Below are positions 38,976 to 51,807 of a stretch of 64,000 nucleotides of DNA, one piece after another (within the stretch, counting starts at the first letter, position 1; each line of letters starts with the position of its first letter). The notes under the pieces were generated by a model. The model did not search any database and was not told the DNA's origin. It saw nothing but the letters and a program-made list of their open reading frames with translations. Source of the stretch: Psilocybe cubensis (Eukaryota). The stretch covers positions 3,162,001 to 3,226,000 of the forward strand of contig CM039003.1 of the NCBI GenBank assembly GCA_017499595.2, read 5' to 3'. The position numbers and the translations under genes are program-made.

Positions 38976-41483
38976 TGAATAGGTGAAAGAAACTCGATAT
39001 GAGATTCGATGAGAGGGTATGGCCTGAGGGTACTCTTTCAAACTGCATCCCTTTATACGATTTGACCACCTTCCATTTGAGAGACAAAGAAACGTTCACC
39101 TGTGGATGTTGAATTTTCTCCCAAACATCTTCCTGGAAATTTGTAGCAGGAGCACCGAAATAGTGTCATTGGGCATATCATTAACCAATAATTTGGAAAA
39201 AACATCCTTCACCATTGATCACGGTGCATGTAGTCAGAGATCAAGTCGCTCAATCTGCGAACCGTGTACTCTAGAAAATATTCGATGATATTACCGGTTT
39301 GCTTGCGGGAAGCAGCGTGTGATTGCGCACAAGAGTCATTCTCTGAAATTTGCAACAGCTATCATTACGGTTAACACAAAAGTCATTGAGCTTGAACGTC
39401 CTCGACTCAATATACCTTGCCGTCGTTTTTTGAATGATGCTATCTCTGGTATCACTCCACAAAGTGGACATAATTGAACTAATTTCTCGACAATCCAGCA
39501 AAGCGGGACGAGAAAAAAAGATCCGCTGTCCCTATACTTAGTCTTTGCCAAGCCAACGGAAGACCGGTTGAAACACCCTGGAGTTTCGGGCCTCTCTGAA
39601 CCCGTCTGCTAATTCCCATGATCGTGGCGGCACGGGGGAAAGGGACACGAGTAGATGTTTGACCAGAGTGGGAACGCTTATATACGAAGCTGGTAAAGAG
39701 GTCGGGCTTCAGATCATAGTTTTCTCTACTATTAATCAATTTCATCTGGAGAAGTTGTCTGTGGACCGTAGAATAACAAATAGTTAAGCAAGGTTATCCA
39801 GACTTGAACAATTGAAGGCTTACGGTGTCAATAAAGGCTTTGACTGTGATACATACTCGCTAACAATCTTGAAACTAAGAAGCCGGATATTCAAGAAGAT
39901 TTGGTGAGAAATGCACATTAGCTGTACTTGGAATAGACAGTTTACATACCGAAAAGTCAATCGGAAATCCACAGAACTTGCTGACAATGGTTGATAAACT
40001 TAGATATAAAAGATCAGTCTGGATATCGTAAATCGCTGCGTAAACCAGTTTATAGGTATTGACCAGTGAGGCACTAGGCTAAGATGAGGACTATGGCTTT
40101 CAAGGTACGCTATGAGATTTCACGGACAGAATAATAGGTGGATGGCCAGTGCCCATGTCTGATCAAACGGCATTGTGAAGCTATGTTTGCACACGGTTGA
40201 AGTCGCACTATCAAAAATTTGTAGTCCTGTGTTTTCAAGTAGTTGAAGCCAGGATATTTGGCATATGTACCATTTCTATCGGATTGTACCCGTTGATCTT
40301 CCTGAGTTGTACGCCGAACCGAGCGGAGTTCGAAATACAGTATGCTGAGTCAGAAACGGCTGGTGCATGAGTCTGCAATCTGTCACATTATCGGGTCGGC
40401 TCTATGTCACGGTATTCTTTCTTACCACCTCTTTCACTACGCAAACATGTCGAAGTTTCTGTCAGATCTTAAAACCCACAGTAAAGAATTAATTTATAGT
40501 TCAACGAAGCATTCAAAACCAATAAACCTGCACAAATTTTGGCAGATTCAACTGGCACAAATGGGTAGCGTGACTGTAATCTGTAACAAAAAGCCGAGTT
40601 TAGCCGATATCCTCTTTCGACTCTTCGAGCCGTCAGACACGACATTTAAAAGTCCGTGTTGGTTGATCCAGCATGGATTATACAGATAATACCTAATTAT
40701 AATGAGGGAAGAGAGCATCTAGTTGGCGTATACCCTAGGTGAACATTGTCACCCGTAACACGTAATTAGATGTTATAGCAGAAGTCAATATTGGTGGAGG
40801 ATTCAGAATATATGCGGGCGTCGCTAGATGCATGACAGTCAGAGGATAGCCATTTTTTCAAGTTTCTAATTATTGTAGAATAAAAAAGAAAATGTGATTT
40901 CCAACACAGCAGTTAACGCAGAACCAATGATAGATTGTGAATGATACGAGTTACTAAGAAAAAAGATGCATCGTACATTCCTTGGATAATGGCTTGTATC
41001 TGGGCAGCTTGCAAAAAATGATTATATTTGGTCCAAATTCGGTCACTACAATCAAGGCTTTGATTTTATCATGCCTTCAGGATTCATGTTGTTTTGGTCT
41101 CAGATTTCCGAGGTCCTATGTCATAGGATACACAAAATTTTCGATACAGATCTGCAGAAGTTGTATGGAAAGAGAGATGAAGATGCGTCGGCAACCTCCA
41201 CATAATGGGTTTCTGGAAGGGCTGACCCGTTGACCCTAAAGGAGTATATGAAGCCGTCCGTGTGACCCCATGTAGAAGTCGGCACCTCGCTCTTCCGGCT
41301 TTCCATAGGCTGGATGCATTGATGGGCCGCCGATTTCGGTGATGGCGGTAAACAGTCCCGGAGACCGGTGGACCTTGCTTTGGCCTTTTTGGATGTCCTT
41401 CGCCCGTTGTTGGTTTTTGACTACGGCCAACAGCCCCAATTTCCCGTAGCAGCTAGATTTTCAGCTAAACTGTTCATTTCACA

Positions 41484-43430
41484 ATGTCTAACTGGTATCC
41501 AGGCTCGGCCTCTCCTCTGATGCAGTTTGCGAGCGAAGAGGGTAATCAACGGAACAGGGAGCCTTGGGATTATGAGATTATGGACCATGCCAAAGGAGAA
41601 TTCGGCGATAGGTATATCTGGGACGCGTCGTTTATAACAAGTTCTGAACTATATCTTCGCACTACAGGAGCCGTCACAATTCTCGTCAAGCCTCAATGCC
41701 TGCCATACACGACATGGATGGTGCCTTGTATGCGAACAACGGTTACCCTCAGACCCAGGGTCCTAATCTTTCGGGTGGACTATCAAGAAGTGGCGTTACA
41801 GCTCAACATATCCCAGTTACCCCACCTCAACATAGCAGTTATTTCGATTCCATTGTAGGGCAACAATATGTTGCCTCTCAACAGAGCTATTCCAACCCAT
41901 CTACGACTTTCGGCAAATATGACTACACCCATAACGCCTTAAGAAAGTCCCCTTATTCTACCAACGTTGCAAATGAAATCACAAATCACAGTGATGCCAC
42001 TGTGGATAAAGTCCCACTACACGTGCCATATACTGACACTGAATGGAAAGATCCTCTACAACGTTTGGGCGAAAAACGCCCCACCACGAGCGCTGGCGCT
42101 GCTAAGATCCAATTTCAACACCATATACAAGGGCTATCCCTGCCGTACAATGTCCCAGGACTGCCAGACACTCGTGACTCTGAACACACCACTGGCTATG
42201 TGCGTAATCACGATTCACAGCTCTTCCAGTCTACCAATAATATACTGAATTCTTCACACCAGGATCCTCAACAAGGAATTTCCCAGACCCCATTCAACAT
42301 CAACAGTACCGTTGCTGATAATGCAGCGATCTACTGCTCACCGGCGCCTTCTGCGCATATATCGCCGCGCGCAATTCCAAACATATTGAACCCAGATTTT
42401 TTCAATGCGAACAGTAATCCTCTTGCTACTTCCTCCCAGAGCCGCGTCTCAAACAACCAGGCTTCCCAAGGCCGGGCGCAGGTCAGTATACAGGGATCAC
42501 CCCTCCGAAATTTTTACTTATATGACGACGTTCAGCCAACCAATGGTCCTGCTTTCAACTCTACTGGATATAATGACTCCACACCGGATCCTCAACAAGG
42601 AATTTCCCAGACCCCATTCAACATCAACAGTACCGTTGCTGATAATGCAGCGATCTACTGCTCACCGGCGCCTTCTGCGCATATATTGCCGCGCGCAATT
42701 CCAAACATATTCAACCCAGATTTTTTCAATGCGAACAGTAATCCTCTTGCTACTTCCTCCCAGAGCCGCGTCTCGAACAACCAGGCTTCCCAAAGCGGGG
42801 CGCAGGTCAGTATACAGGGATCACCCCTCCGAAATTTTTACTTATATGACAACGTTCAGCCAACCAGTGGTCCGGCTTTCAACTCTACTGGATATAACGA
42901 CTCCACACCGCCTTCAATGACAGAAGATTCTGACGCTAGCGGCAGTTCAAGATACAAGAGTGGCAGTAGCAATAATCGCTCTGCTGCCTTAAGGTATGCT
43001 GTAACTCTTTTGAGCTTTATCATGTAATCTCACATCGTCAACACCTAGGGGCGGAATTCTCGCGGGATATAGTAACGCAGTTGCGTCTATCAAGAATTTC
43101 CCGCGCGCAAACACCGAAACCCAGTCAAGGTGCGGCTGGGATAATTGCAACATGGTGATCGACAACTCGTCTCGAGGTTTGGTAAAACACATCCTCGAAG
43201 TTCACGATACGGACACGACGGTGTCAGGACTGGATGTTAATTGCAGGTGGGGAACTTGCAATGGAACAACGTATTCTGGTGGCACGTCCTTTGTCAAGCA
43301 TATTAGAGGAACGCACCTGCGCCTTGAAGACATCATCTGCCCATACTGTGGTGTTGTCATTGCAAACGGGGTATCACCCACAAGGAAGCATATGCTTCGA
43401 CAACACAAAGACATACAACTACTTAAGTAA
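41484..43430 (+). CDS. Putative transcription factor: low-complexity N-terminus with an internal 108-aa duplication and three C-terminal C2H2-like fingers (exons 41484-41611, 41668-42993, 43049-43430)
   Basis: Both phase-2 GT-AG introns join in frame. Fingers: CGWDNC..HILEVH, CRWGTC..HIRGTH, CPYC..HMLRQH. Confidence 0.8.
42263..42910 (+). repeat. 324-bp direct tandem duplication (two near-identical copies) inside the CDS
   Basis: 42263-42586 versus 42587-42910; the peptide DPQQGISQTP...GYNDSTP repeats with 5 amino-acid differences. Confidence 0.95.
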
Positions 43431-44206
43431 AAGCTCTGTATTTTTCTGTATCTTTACATTCCATGTACACTATTCAGTATGTTTTCGCTATTGAAATACA
43501 CGGTGATCTCTGAAGTACTGTTGCGTCGCTTGGATAAAATTGTCTTACTCCCTTGAATGTTCTTCTTAATCAGATTACTATGACCAGAACTTTAATGCAT
43601 CTGGTAGACCGTCCCCCAGTTCTGAGAGACGCCGAGGGATTCGTTCGCTTAGTTTTCGGGGTTCTTTCCATTCTTATCTTATCCATTTCAAGAAAGATAA
43701 CTTAAGCGGAGCGATCTTTGTCACACATTATTACATACGAACTTGAATTTACATCGAAATTTGCGGTGACACCTTTCACCTTTCTGTATATTTGCCTATG
43801 CACTCTCTGATACTATAGTTTGGCTGAGCTACGGAGCGTCGCAAGTACCCCCATGCCCCGAAAGACCCAACCCTTCTTAAGCTATTTATAGCGGTAATGC
43901 CTCCGAAATCCGAAATACACTTCTTGATGAAATATCTCGATCAAGTATTATCACATTGTGGGACTTCTCGTAACAGAATGTTATACAAAAAAAAATTGTA
44001 CATATTGTACATACCTAGAAAGGCGGACAGTGGCCCATATTTTGCCAAGCTTGTCCATATGGAGTCGAGACCGGTGCCCTTGCCAAGGTTCCAAAACCTT
44101 TAAACATGAGGGCCACCAAGTGGTAGGTCCTCGCATCCATTTCCCCTCACCCAACATTCATCTAACATATCCCTGTCTTTGTTACAAATTCTTGCAATAT
44201 TACACA

Positions 44207-45448
44207 ATGTCCAACCCTTGCCAACCATCTTACGGTGGCCCAATGGTTAACAACAATGGAGTTTACCGTCGCAATGCTGATAAAACCTGGCTGCATACCG
44301 ATCCTTACTCCGCCACTCCAAACTTATCTGGTCGACCGACCTCAGTCGACTCATCTTGCCCTTCTTCTGCTGGATCTGCAGCTCAGTTCTACGCACAGGA
44401 GACAGGTATCTACATACCATCGCCTGGATCAGGCAGTCCTGATAGAGATGTCCGCCGACCGCATATTCCTCTTAGAGATTCAATTGGTCTATCGGATTAT
44501 GAGGGCGGGCCTAGGCGGCATTTGATTCCACCTCCAACAAAGATCATCACTCCGGCTGAGCGTCGCGCACCACCTATGACGCCAAGGTTGACCGATGCAA
44601 ACCTGGCAGCCCATACCAGGACAACTTCGCAACAGTTCAAAGCACCTCGCTATATTCCAAGTGTAGCTACGTCCGTATCAGTGTATAGCCAGGAAAGCGC
44701 GCCCCGCAGCCACCATCATTTGCAGTATTATGCTAATATGGAGACTACTGCGGAGGTTCCGATTGGGCGTCGCCCTGGTCAAATTCCTAATCATAGTGAC
44801 TCTAGCTCTGATGGTCATTCAATACCCATCATGAGAACAACAGCACCTACCAGGCCTCATCAATCCGACAGGCAGCAAGGTTTTCCTTCTTTCGTGCACA
44901 ACACAGCGCTTCCTCGCGATTCTCGCTCCTTGAATGCGCATGATTTCCCCAGTGCACCACCTAAGGAATATAAGGTGGTTAGATATGCGATGGAGAGCCA
45001 GGTGTACACACCAGACCCCCATTTTATATCGTATATTCCTGCTGGTCCAACTGCGGCATCTAATGTCAACGTCGCACACCCTGGTATCCGAAACTATGTC
45101 TCCAAGCGCGGGAATGCAAAACAAAAACCTTCCGCGTCGACATCTTCCAATATCTATGAGGCGTCGTCCGCGTCTGCGTCTGTTCGATCTTTACCAGCTA
45201 TTCCAGGTCGCAATGAACACTATCAGCTCCGCAGGAAGCAAAACAGAAACCTTTCCATGGATGGAGAGACACAATCTCTTCACTCTGCTAAGTCTGCGAT
45301 AGTGGCGCCGTCGGCCAGTAAACGGTTCCTCAGCTTGTTCCGCTTCCGCCGCTTCTTGCCAGGTGGGAACAAGAAAAATTGCAGGAATAATTTCTCTAAA
45401 CTCGATCTCGATGGATACGAGGTTAAGCGTTACTTCGCTAAAGCTTAA
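44207..45448 (+). CDS. Hypothetical Ser/Pro-rich, probably disordered protein
   Basis: Long intronless ORF. The first ATG is at 44207 (MSNPCQPSY); the ORF track start at 43958 is a GTG. Confidence 0.7.
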   Translation: MSNPCQPSYGGPMVNNNGVYRRNADKTWLHTDPYSATPNLSGRPTSVDSSCPSSAGSAAQFYAQETGIYIPSPGSGSPDRDVRRPHIPLRDSIGLSDYEGGPRRHLIPPPTKIITPAERRAPPMTPRLTDANLAAHTRTTSQQFKAPRYIPSVATSVSVYSQESAPRSHHHLQYYANMETTAEVPIGRRPGQIPNHSDSSSDGHSIPIMRTTAPTRPHQSDRQQGFPSFVHNTALPRDSRSLNAHDFPSAPPKEYKVVRYAMESQVYTPDPHFISYIPAGPTAASNVNVAHPGIRNYVSKRGNAKQKPSASTSSNIYEASSASASVRSLPAIPGRNEHYQLRRKQNRNLSMDGETQSLHSAKSAIVAPSASKRFLSLFRFRRFLPGGNKKNCRNNFSKLDLDGYEVKRYFAKA

Positions 45449-46952
45449 ACCTATCTTTCTAATATCCATCACCAACGCTGCTGTCCGTGCTTCTTTACGG
45501 GCTTCCACACTCATTATTACTTGTTCATTGATTCAATTTCTCTTTTTTATGGTCATTATAGCCAAACATCACGCTCCTTTTGATCTCTTCAATCGCAAAG
45601 TCTTTCGCTAGTGTTTCTTTTTTTCTCCTTTGGTCGATTTAACCAAATATCACACTCCTTTTTGATTTTACTTTTATCTACTTGACAGTGCTTTGAGTCC
45701 ACTCTCACTCTCCCTATTACATTTTCTCTTTAAGGAGTCAAACTTATTCTTTACATGTCTATGCTCTCGATTATATGCTCTCGATTATATCAAACTACCG
45801 TTCTTCCTCAGTTCATAGTAGTCAAATGATATATAAAACACATCTGTACAACTACTATGTATTGTCTAGTTAGTTACATATAAAACACATTTTCAATTAC
45901 TATTATCAGTATCTGAACTTCTGGTGACAAGGTGTACGATCTAATGACGCGAATCTTTCATGAGGGATTGTCAATGTCAGGGGGCGGTGGGTTGGAACAA
46001 TGAAAGTCACATGAATCACGTGACGTCAGAGACGCGTCTGGAAATCCTTAAATTCACGCTTCGCAGAGGAGGAGTTCGCCACTTACCAGGCTAACAAAGT
46101 TGATGTAAACTTTGCTGAAATATGCATAACTGGTCTGATTATAGAAGATCCAATAATAAAATCATAAAAAATGTTGACTACTGTATCATCATTAATGAAA
46201 TAGTCATTTTAAATCAGACTGAGGTGACCGGAACCAAGCCAAAACACAAATAAATTGAAAGCTCCCAATAGTGTCTTGTAGTAGTAATCATTCCAATATA
46301 ATTTTTTACAGAGAACATTGCAAGTGCTTACTAGAAGGAGTCAAATCAAAGCAAAGATAGTGAGCTTCCGTAGGACATATCCCAATGTACCCAGGACATA
46401 TGGCATAGGTATGTACCCTTGACAGATCCTTCCGGCGAAGCTATATGTGAGTTTGTGCCTGAATGACCGAAGCGAGAGCTTCAGAAACCACCCCAAAGTT
46501 CCGCCTCCGTGAGTGCCAAGCCGCAAAATTCTCATGTGTCAGTTTAAAAATAAACATATGGCGTATCCCAAGGATTTCCCCATGAAAGTGGGGAAGCGGT
46601 GTTCGGTAGATCCACAATAAATAATGAGTCCGTATCTACTGACTCAAAAATTACGTCTGATGGTCTGACGAAGGGATATATACGATTCCGACGTACAAGG
46701 CTTATTCTAATAACCTTGATCCATGGGGATCGATGGGAACATTTGGACAGAGATATGGACAGCGCGCACACGAAAAGCTAATGAACCGCTCACGAGATAG
46801 TATACAATGATTAAAATAGCTTTTTCGCCGTTATCCGATGGAACGCTGTCATATTTAGACAGTTGTGAGGTAAGGGCAAATTGAAAGGTTATAAGGCCAT
46901 TCCGTGGAACTTTCAATCAGGGACCCCTTTGCTCCTTCGCCCAGGATCACTC

Positions 46953-49421
46953 ATGGCTCCATATTTCTTGCGCAACATCGTCCCCAGAAGGGAGACAAGA
47001 GCTGGAGCACGACCGTTGCTGACGGTTCTAAGAGAGCTGACATGGGTTCAATGGGCACTCTTCTTCTCTGGGTATGTTCCGTGTGCAGCTTCATTCCAGC
47101 GAACAATGTTGTGAGCCACTATGTACTGATAATTAACAGGTGGCTTGCGTGGACTTGCGATTCAATTGATTTCTTCTCCGTATCTCTGAGTGTAACGCAT
47201 CTCCAGACTCAGTTTAACAGAGACACCCACGATATCGTACGTTGCTGCTGCAGCTCCACAGTTGTTCCAGCTGATATATCCTGTTCGACTTTAATAGACG
47301 ACAGCTATCACCTTGACCTTGCTTTTCCGCTCGGTTGGCGCAGTACGTTCCATCCGATCTCACGATGGCGTTAATAAAACATGCATAATTCACACTGACT
47401 ACTAGGCTATCTTCGGCATTCTTTCTGATCGATACGGGCGTAAATGGCCCCTTATCTGGAATCTTATTCTCGTCGCAATTCTTGAACTTGGAGCAGGATT
47501 CGTTCAGACATTCAGACAGTTCCTCGCTCTCAGGTCATTGTTCGGAATTGGAATGGGGGGGATCTGGGGATTGGCCGCTTCGACCGCACTTGAGAACCTC
47601 CCAGTTGAAGCTCGTGGTATCGCGAGCGGCTTCCTTCAAGAAGGATACGCCGTTGGCTATTTGATTGCAGCAGTGATCAATCTTTTCCTTGTACCCGAAG
47701 TCAGTGCATCATGGCGCAGTTTATTCTGGACTGCATCAGGAATCTCTCTTTTCGCCGCCTTCATTCGCATGTTGCTGCCGGAGAGTGAGGTTTTCTTGCG
47801 AGCGAAAGCTGCTGATATGGCAAGCGGTAGAGATACCTCAAAGAAGACCAAGATATTCATACACGAGACGAAGGAGATGCTGAAGAGGCATTGGCTCTTG
47901 TGTATCTATTCCGTCCTCCTCATGACAGGTGCGTTCGCATACTACGATTATTTCTGTAGGAATGTATCGTTCCGCGATGCTTCCTGTGCCTCTTGATTTT
48001 TTAGGCATTGAGTTCCTTGACTTCCATAAATATGCTTGTCCCTAAGTTTCTAGCTTGACTGACACCACTTTCAGGGTTCAACTTCCTATCTCACGGATCT
48101 CAGGTACCTGCTCTCACATTGTCGCCAATAACGGTGTTCTAAATTAGGTTTTATAGGATCTTTATCCCACATACCTTACTGCCTCCAAAGGATTCACCTC
48201 ACATGACGCAACTGTTGCGACCATCATTGGCAACTGTGTAAGTGTGTTTAAAGCCAGCTGGCATTGAAGTTGATCACTGACACTTTCATTAGGGCGCGGT
48301 TGCGTAAGTTTTCCATTTGCAAATGGTGTATTGGCATCTGTGTCTTATTAAAACTTTTAGGGGTGGCGTCTTTGCCGGATGGTTGAGCCAGTATATCGGA
48401 AGGAGGTTAACAATTGTGTATGTGCTCTTGATTATTTCTTTGACAGTCCAATTCATTATGCTCCGCCCCCCTTCTTCAACGATTCATCTTCCTTCATCTG
48501 TTTCCATACTTGGAATGCTGATACCTTTATTGACCAGTATTCATTTACTTCTCATTGGTGGTATGTACCACTTCGCAAACTATTTTAGGCCACTCCGTTT
48601 CTCCGATATTAACATTCGTAGCTTTTATCCCTCTGTGGATTTTACCGTCCACCTTCAGTGCTCTCTCCGCAGGAGCCTTCTGCATCCAATTCGGAGTCCA
48701 GGGTGCATGGGGTGTGGTAGGTCACTGTTATCGGATGAACACGCATCATTTTTGCTGAAAATAAATAAATTCTAGATTCCCATTCAATTGGCTGAGATGT
48801 CACCTCCAGCATTCAGAGCAACCTTCCCTGGCGTTGCCTATCAGCTCGGAAATGTAATGAGTTTTCACACCTTGACATGTTCTCATGATTTAATGCCTTG
48901 GTTTATTTACCAGATGGTCTCCTCCGCCTCGGCCCAAATTGAAGCCAGTGCGTGTAATGTTTCTCCATTTCATGCAGAGACTGATCGACGCGATTTAGCT
49001 GGCGGTGATAACTTGCGAACCACGATCATCAAGAACGGGACGCCTACTGATGTCCCAGATTATGCAACGGTAGGCATTTCGCTGTGCTCGTTAATTCATT
49101 TGTTGATGCAAGGACCCCGCACCAGGTTCAAGGAATTTTGATTGGCGTCGTCGCTGCATTTACACTGATCATCACAATCATAGGCCCTGAGTATGTTTCA
49201 TCGAAATAACGACTTTGGACCAAGTAATTGACGCACAGATACGTAGGAACCATGGATCACACTTCGAGAAAGCAAAGACTGCATTTGAAGAGGGAGGTGG
49301 ACGCGGCGAGATGGTTCAAAATGAGGCAAATGACGGAATCAGAAGGGAAAGTGATAGTGAGTCAGGGGACGAAAAGCGAGGAAGTATCATCGAGGCGGAG
49401 AAAGCTGTGAACTCAATCTAA
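46953..49421 (+). CDS. JEN1: Jen1-family (MFS) carboxylate/lactate:H+ symporter; multi-exon
   Basis: Motifs WLAWTCDSIDFF, SDRYGRKWP, LFGIGMGGIWG, ALENLPVEARG. The Jen signature NxxSHxSQDxxxT is present as NFLSHGSQ|DLYPT; also AFRATFPGVAYQLGN. Confidence 0.93.
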
Positions 49422-49804
49422 GTGAAATTATTCCTTTTATGACCTTCGATGTACTATAGCTTGTACGAAATTTATGTGATTTTGATGTCCTAACTGCTCG
49501 TCATTTAACCGCCTCATGAGTCAAGTTTAGAGTTGTGCCAAAGTTGTGCTCTCTGCAGCTCTCTAGACAAAGGAAGGACCTAATTGCAACTACCTGCCGC
49601 TAGAGGTCATAAACATTACTTCAAGCCACTAACCAAGACAATACAGGATTCACTGGAAACGAACATGGAAAAATGGGCATGAAAAGCAAAGGTATGGTTG
49701 GTACTGTTGATAATGTTGGACTGTGGGAATATTTGTGGCTGTGTCTCAAAATTTGCCTGGCCGTCGTCGGCGTCGCTCCTTGGACGTGCCCGACGACGAC
49801 GACG

Positions 49805-51424
49805 ATGGCCGAATACGACTTATCGAAGACCATTATTCCATATCTCGACAGACATCTGTCCTTTCCTCTCTTAGCCCATCTTGCAGAAATTACCTTATTT
49901 CCAGCGGAACAAGTCCAACTCGCCCAATATGAATTAGCCAAGGGCACCAACATGTTCGACTATGCTGTGTCACTATTCCGGCAGATTTATCCAGGAAAAG
50001 AGATCCCTTCAGGTGAGGAATACTTGCTACATGCTTCAATTTATTGAAAGAACTAATGTTGGATCGGATCCTAGAGTTCGATGAAAAGCGAACCAATGCT
50101 GTTTCTACCAACGAGAGGTTGCAACAAGAGGCTCAGGCCGTATTGGATGTTATCGAAAACCCTGATGTAGCACAGGCTTTGCGACAGGACAAGAATCAGA
50201 ACTTGCAGTACCTAAAGGACAACTACAACGTGCGTCGTTATCGCATCATACCATCACATGTAAACTAAAACCTCCTGCAGCTCACCTTGGAACAAATCAC
50301 TGCATTGTACAACTTTGGCCAGTTCCAGTACTCATACGGAAACTACAGCGGTGCTGCAGACTACCTATATCACTTCCGTGTGCTCTCCACCGACAATGAC
50401 CTTAACACATCAGCGCACTGGGGCAAGCTTGCCTCGGATATCCTCACCGGTCGATGGGACGTTGCTCTCGAAGAACTCAACACCCTGCGTGATGCTATCG
50501 ATTCACGAAGCCCCGCATCGCTCCTTAACATACCCGAACCAGCTCTCGGGCAGTTGCACTCTCGTACATGGCTCGCTCACTGGTCACTCTTCGTGTATTT
50601 CAACCACCCAGAAGGCCGAACTCTTCTTCTCGAAACATTCCTCTCACCCACTTACCTCAACACCATTCAAACGTCGTGTCCATGGATCTTGCGCTATCTC
50701 GCCGCTGCCGCCATCCTTTCGCGCAAGGCCGCAGCCGGTGTAGCTGTCGGTGGAGCTGCGGCTACACCGCTGTCATCCCGTGTTCGTCATGCCATCAGGG
50801 AGGTAGTGAAGGTCATTCAGACTGAGGAGTACCAGTACAACGACCCAGTAACTTCTTTCCTCAAGGAATTGTATATCGAGTTCGACTTTGAGGCTGCGCA
50901 GCGGGAATTGACGCTGGCTGAGGAGGTTGTTGGAAACGATTTCTTCTTGAACGAATTCAAGGAAGAATTCTTGGATAATGCCCGATATCTTATCAGCGAG
51001 GCTTATTGCAGAATTCACCAAAAGATTGACATTGCGTACGCTTTTGACTCTTCGACTCATCACTCTGTGACTTATGATTTGACAGTAATCTCTCTGAACG
51101 CCTTAACCTGTCACAGGAGGAGGGTGAAAAGTGGATCGTCAACCTCATCCGAGAGACACGCATGGGTGCTGACGCCAAAATCGATTTGGAGAAGGTTTGG
51201 ACTCTATACTATTACCGTGGCATTAACGCATCTTCTGATCCTTCGTCTTGCAGAATGTTATCGAGATCAACCGTCCAGCTCTGCCCGTGTATCAATCCGT
51301 CATTGAAAAGACTCGCCAGCTCGCCGTGCGCACGCAGGCCCTGGGCGTCACCATTACCCGCGCCGGCCAACAGGCCCAGCAGCAGCCCAAGCAGGATACC
51401 AGAGAGCAGGTTCCTGTTGCTTGA
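49805..51424 (+). CDS. INT6: Eukaryotic translation initiation factor 3 subunit E (PCI domain)
   Basis: Motifs [94 protein letters not shown]. Confidence 0.95.
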
Positions 51425-51807
51425 TTTTTTTTTCTTCATTTCTTTTCGATATTCTAGTGTTTTTGGAGTACTAGAAGATCGTTTTGTATTTTCTACGTTG
51501 CTAGCGATCAGCCAAAAAACGAACGTTCGACTTTCGCATTTTTGTAGAAAGGCGGCGCATCGACAGGCTTGTCTCGCTAGGTTTATCGTATACACTTAAC
51601 CCCACTGTGGTGCGAGACGCACTAGGGTATCCACACAGGCCCAACAGCGCTTGCAAAAACAGGCGTTAAGGCGTTAAGGACTTAGGTGAGCTGGCTTATG
51701 CCTGTCAGTCGACCCCATTATATGAAATTATCCAGAAGAGTCAACAAGGCACTACATATCGACGTGGTCTAAACACATGCGGCGCGTGCAAGCTACTCTG
51801 ACCCTTC

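Noticed and set aside
46017-46028. Overlapping CACGTG and TGACGTCA motifs about 930 bp upstream of JEN1
   Set aside because: A single short motif instance with no conservation data; cannot be distinguished from chance.
49673-49804. N-terminal extension of the eIF3e ORF with a hydrophobic stretch
   Set aside because: The conserved protein starts at MAEYDL (49805); the upstream in-frame sequence is most likely promoter or UTR.
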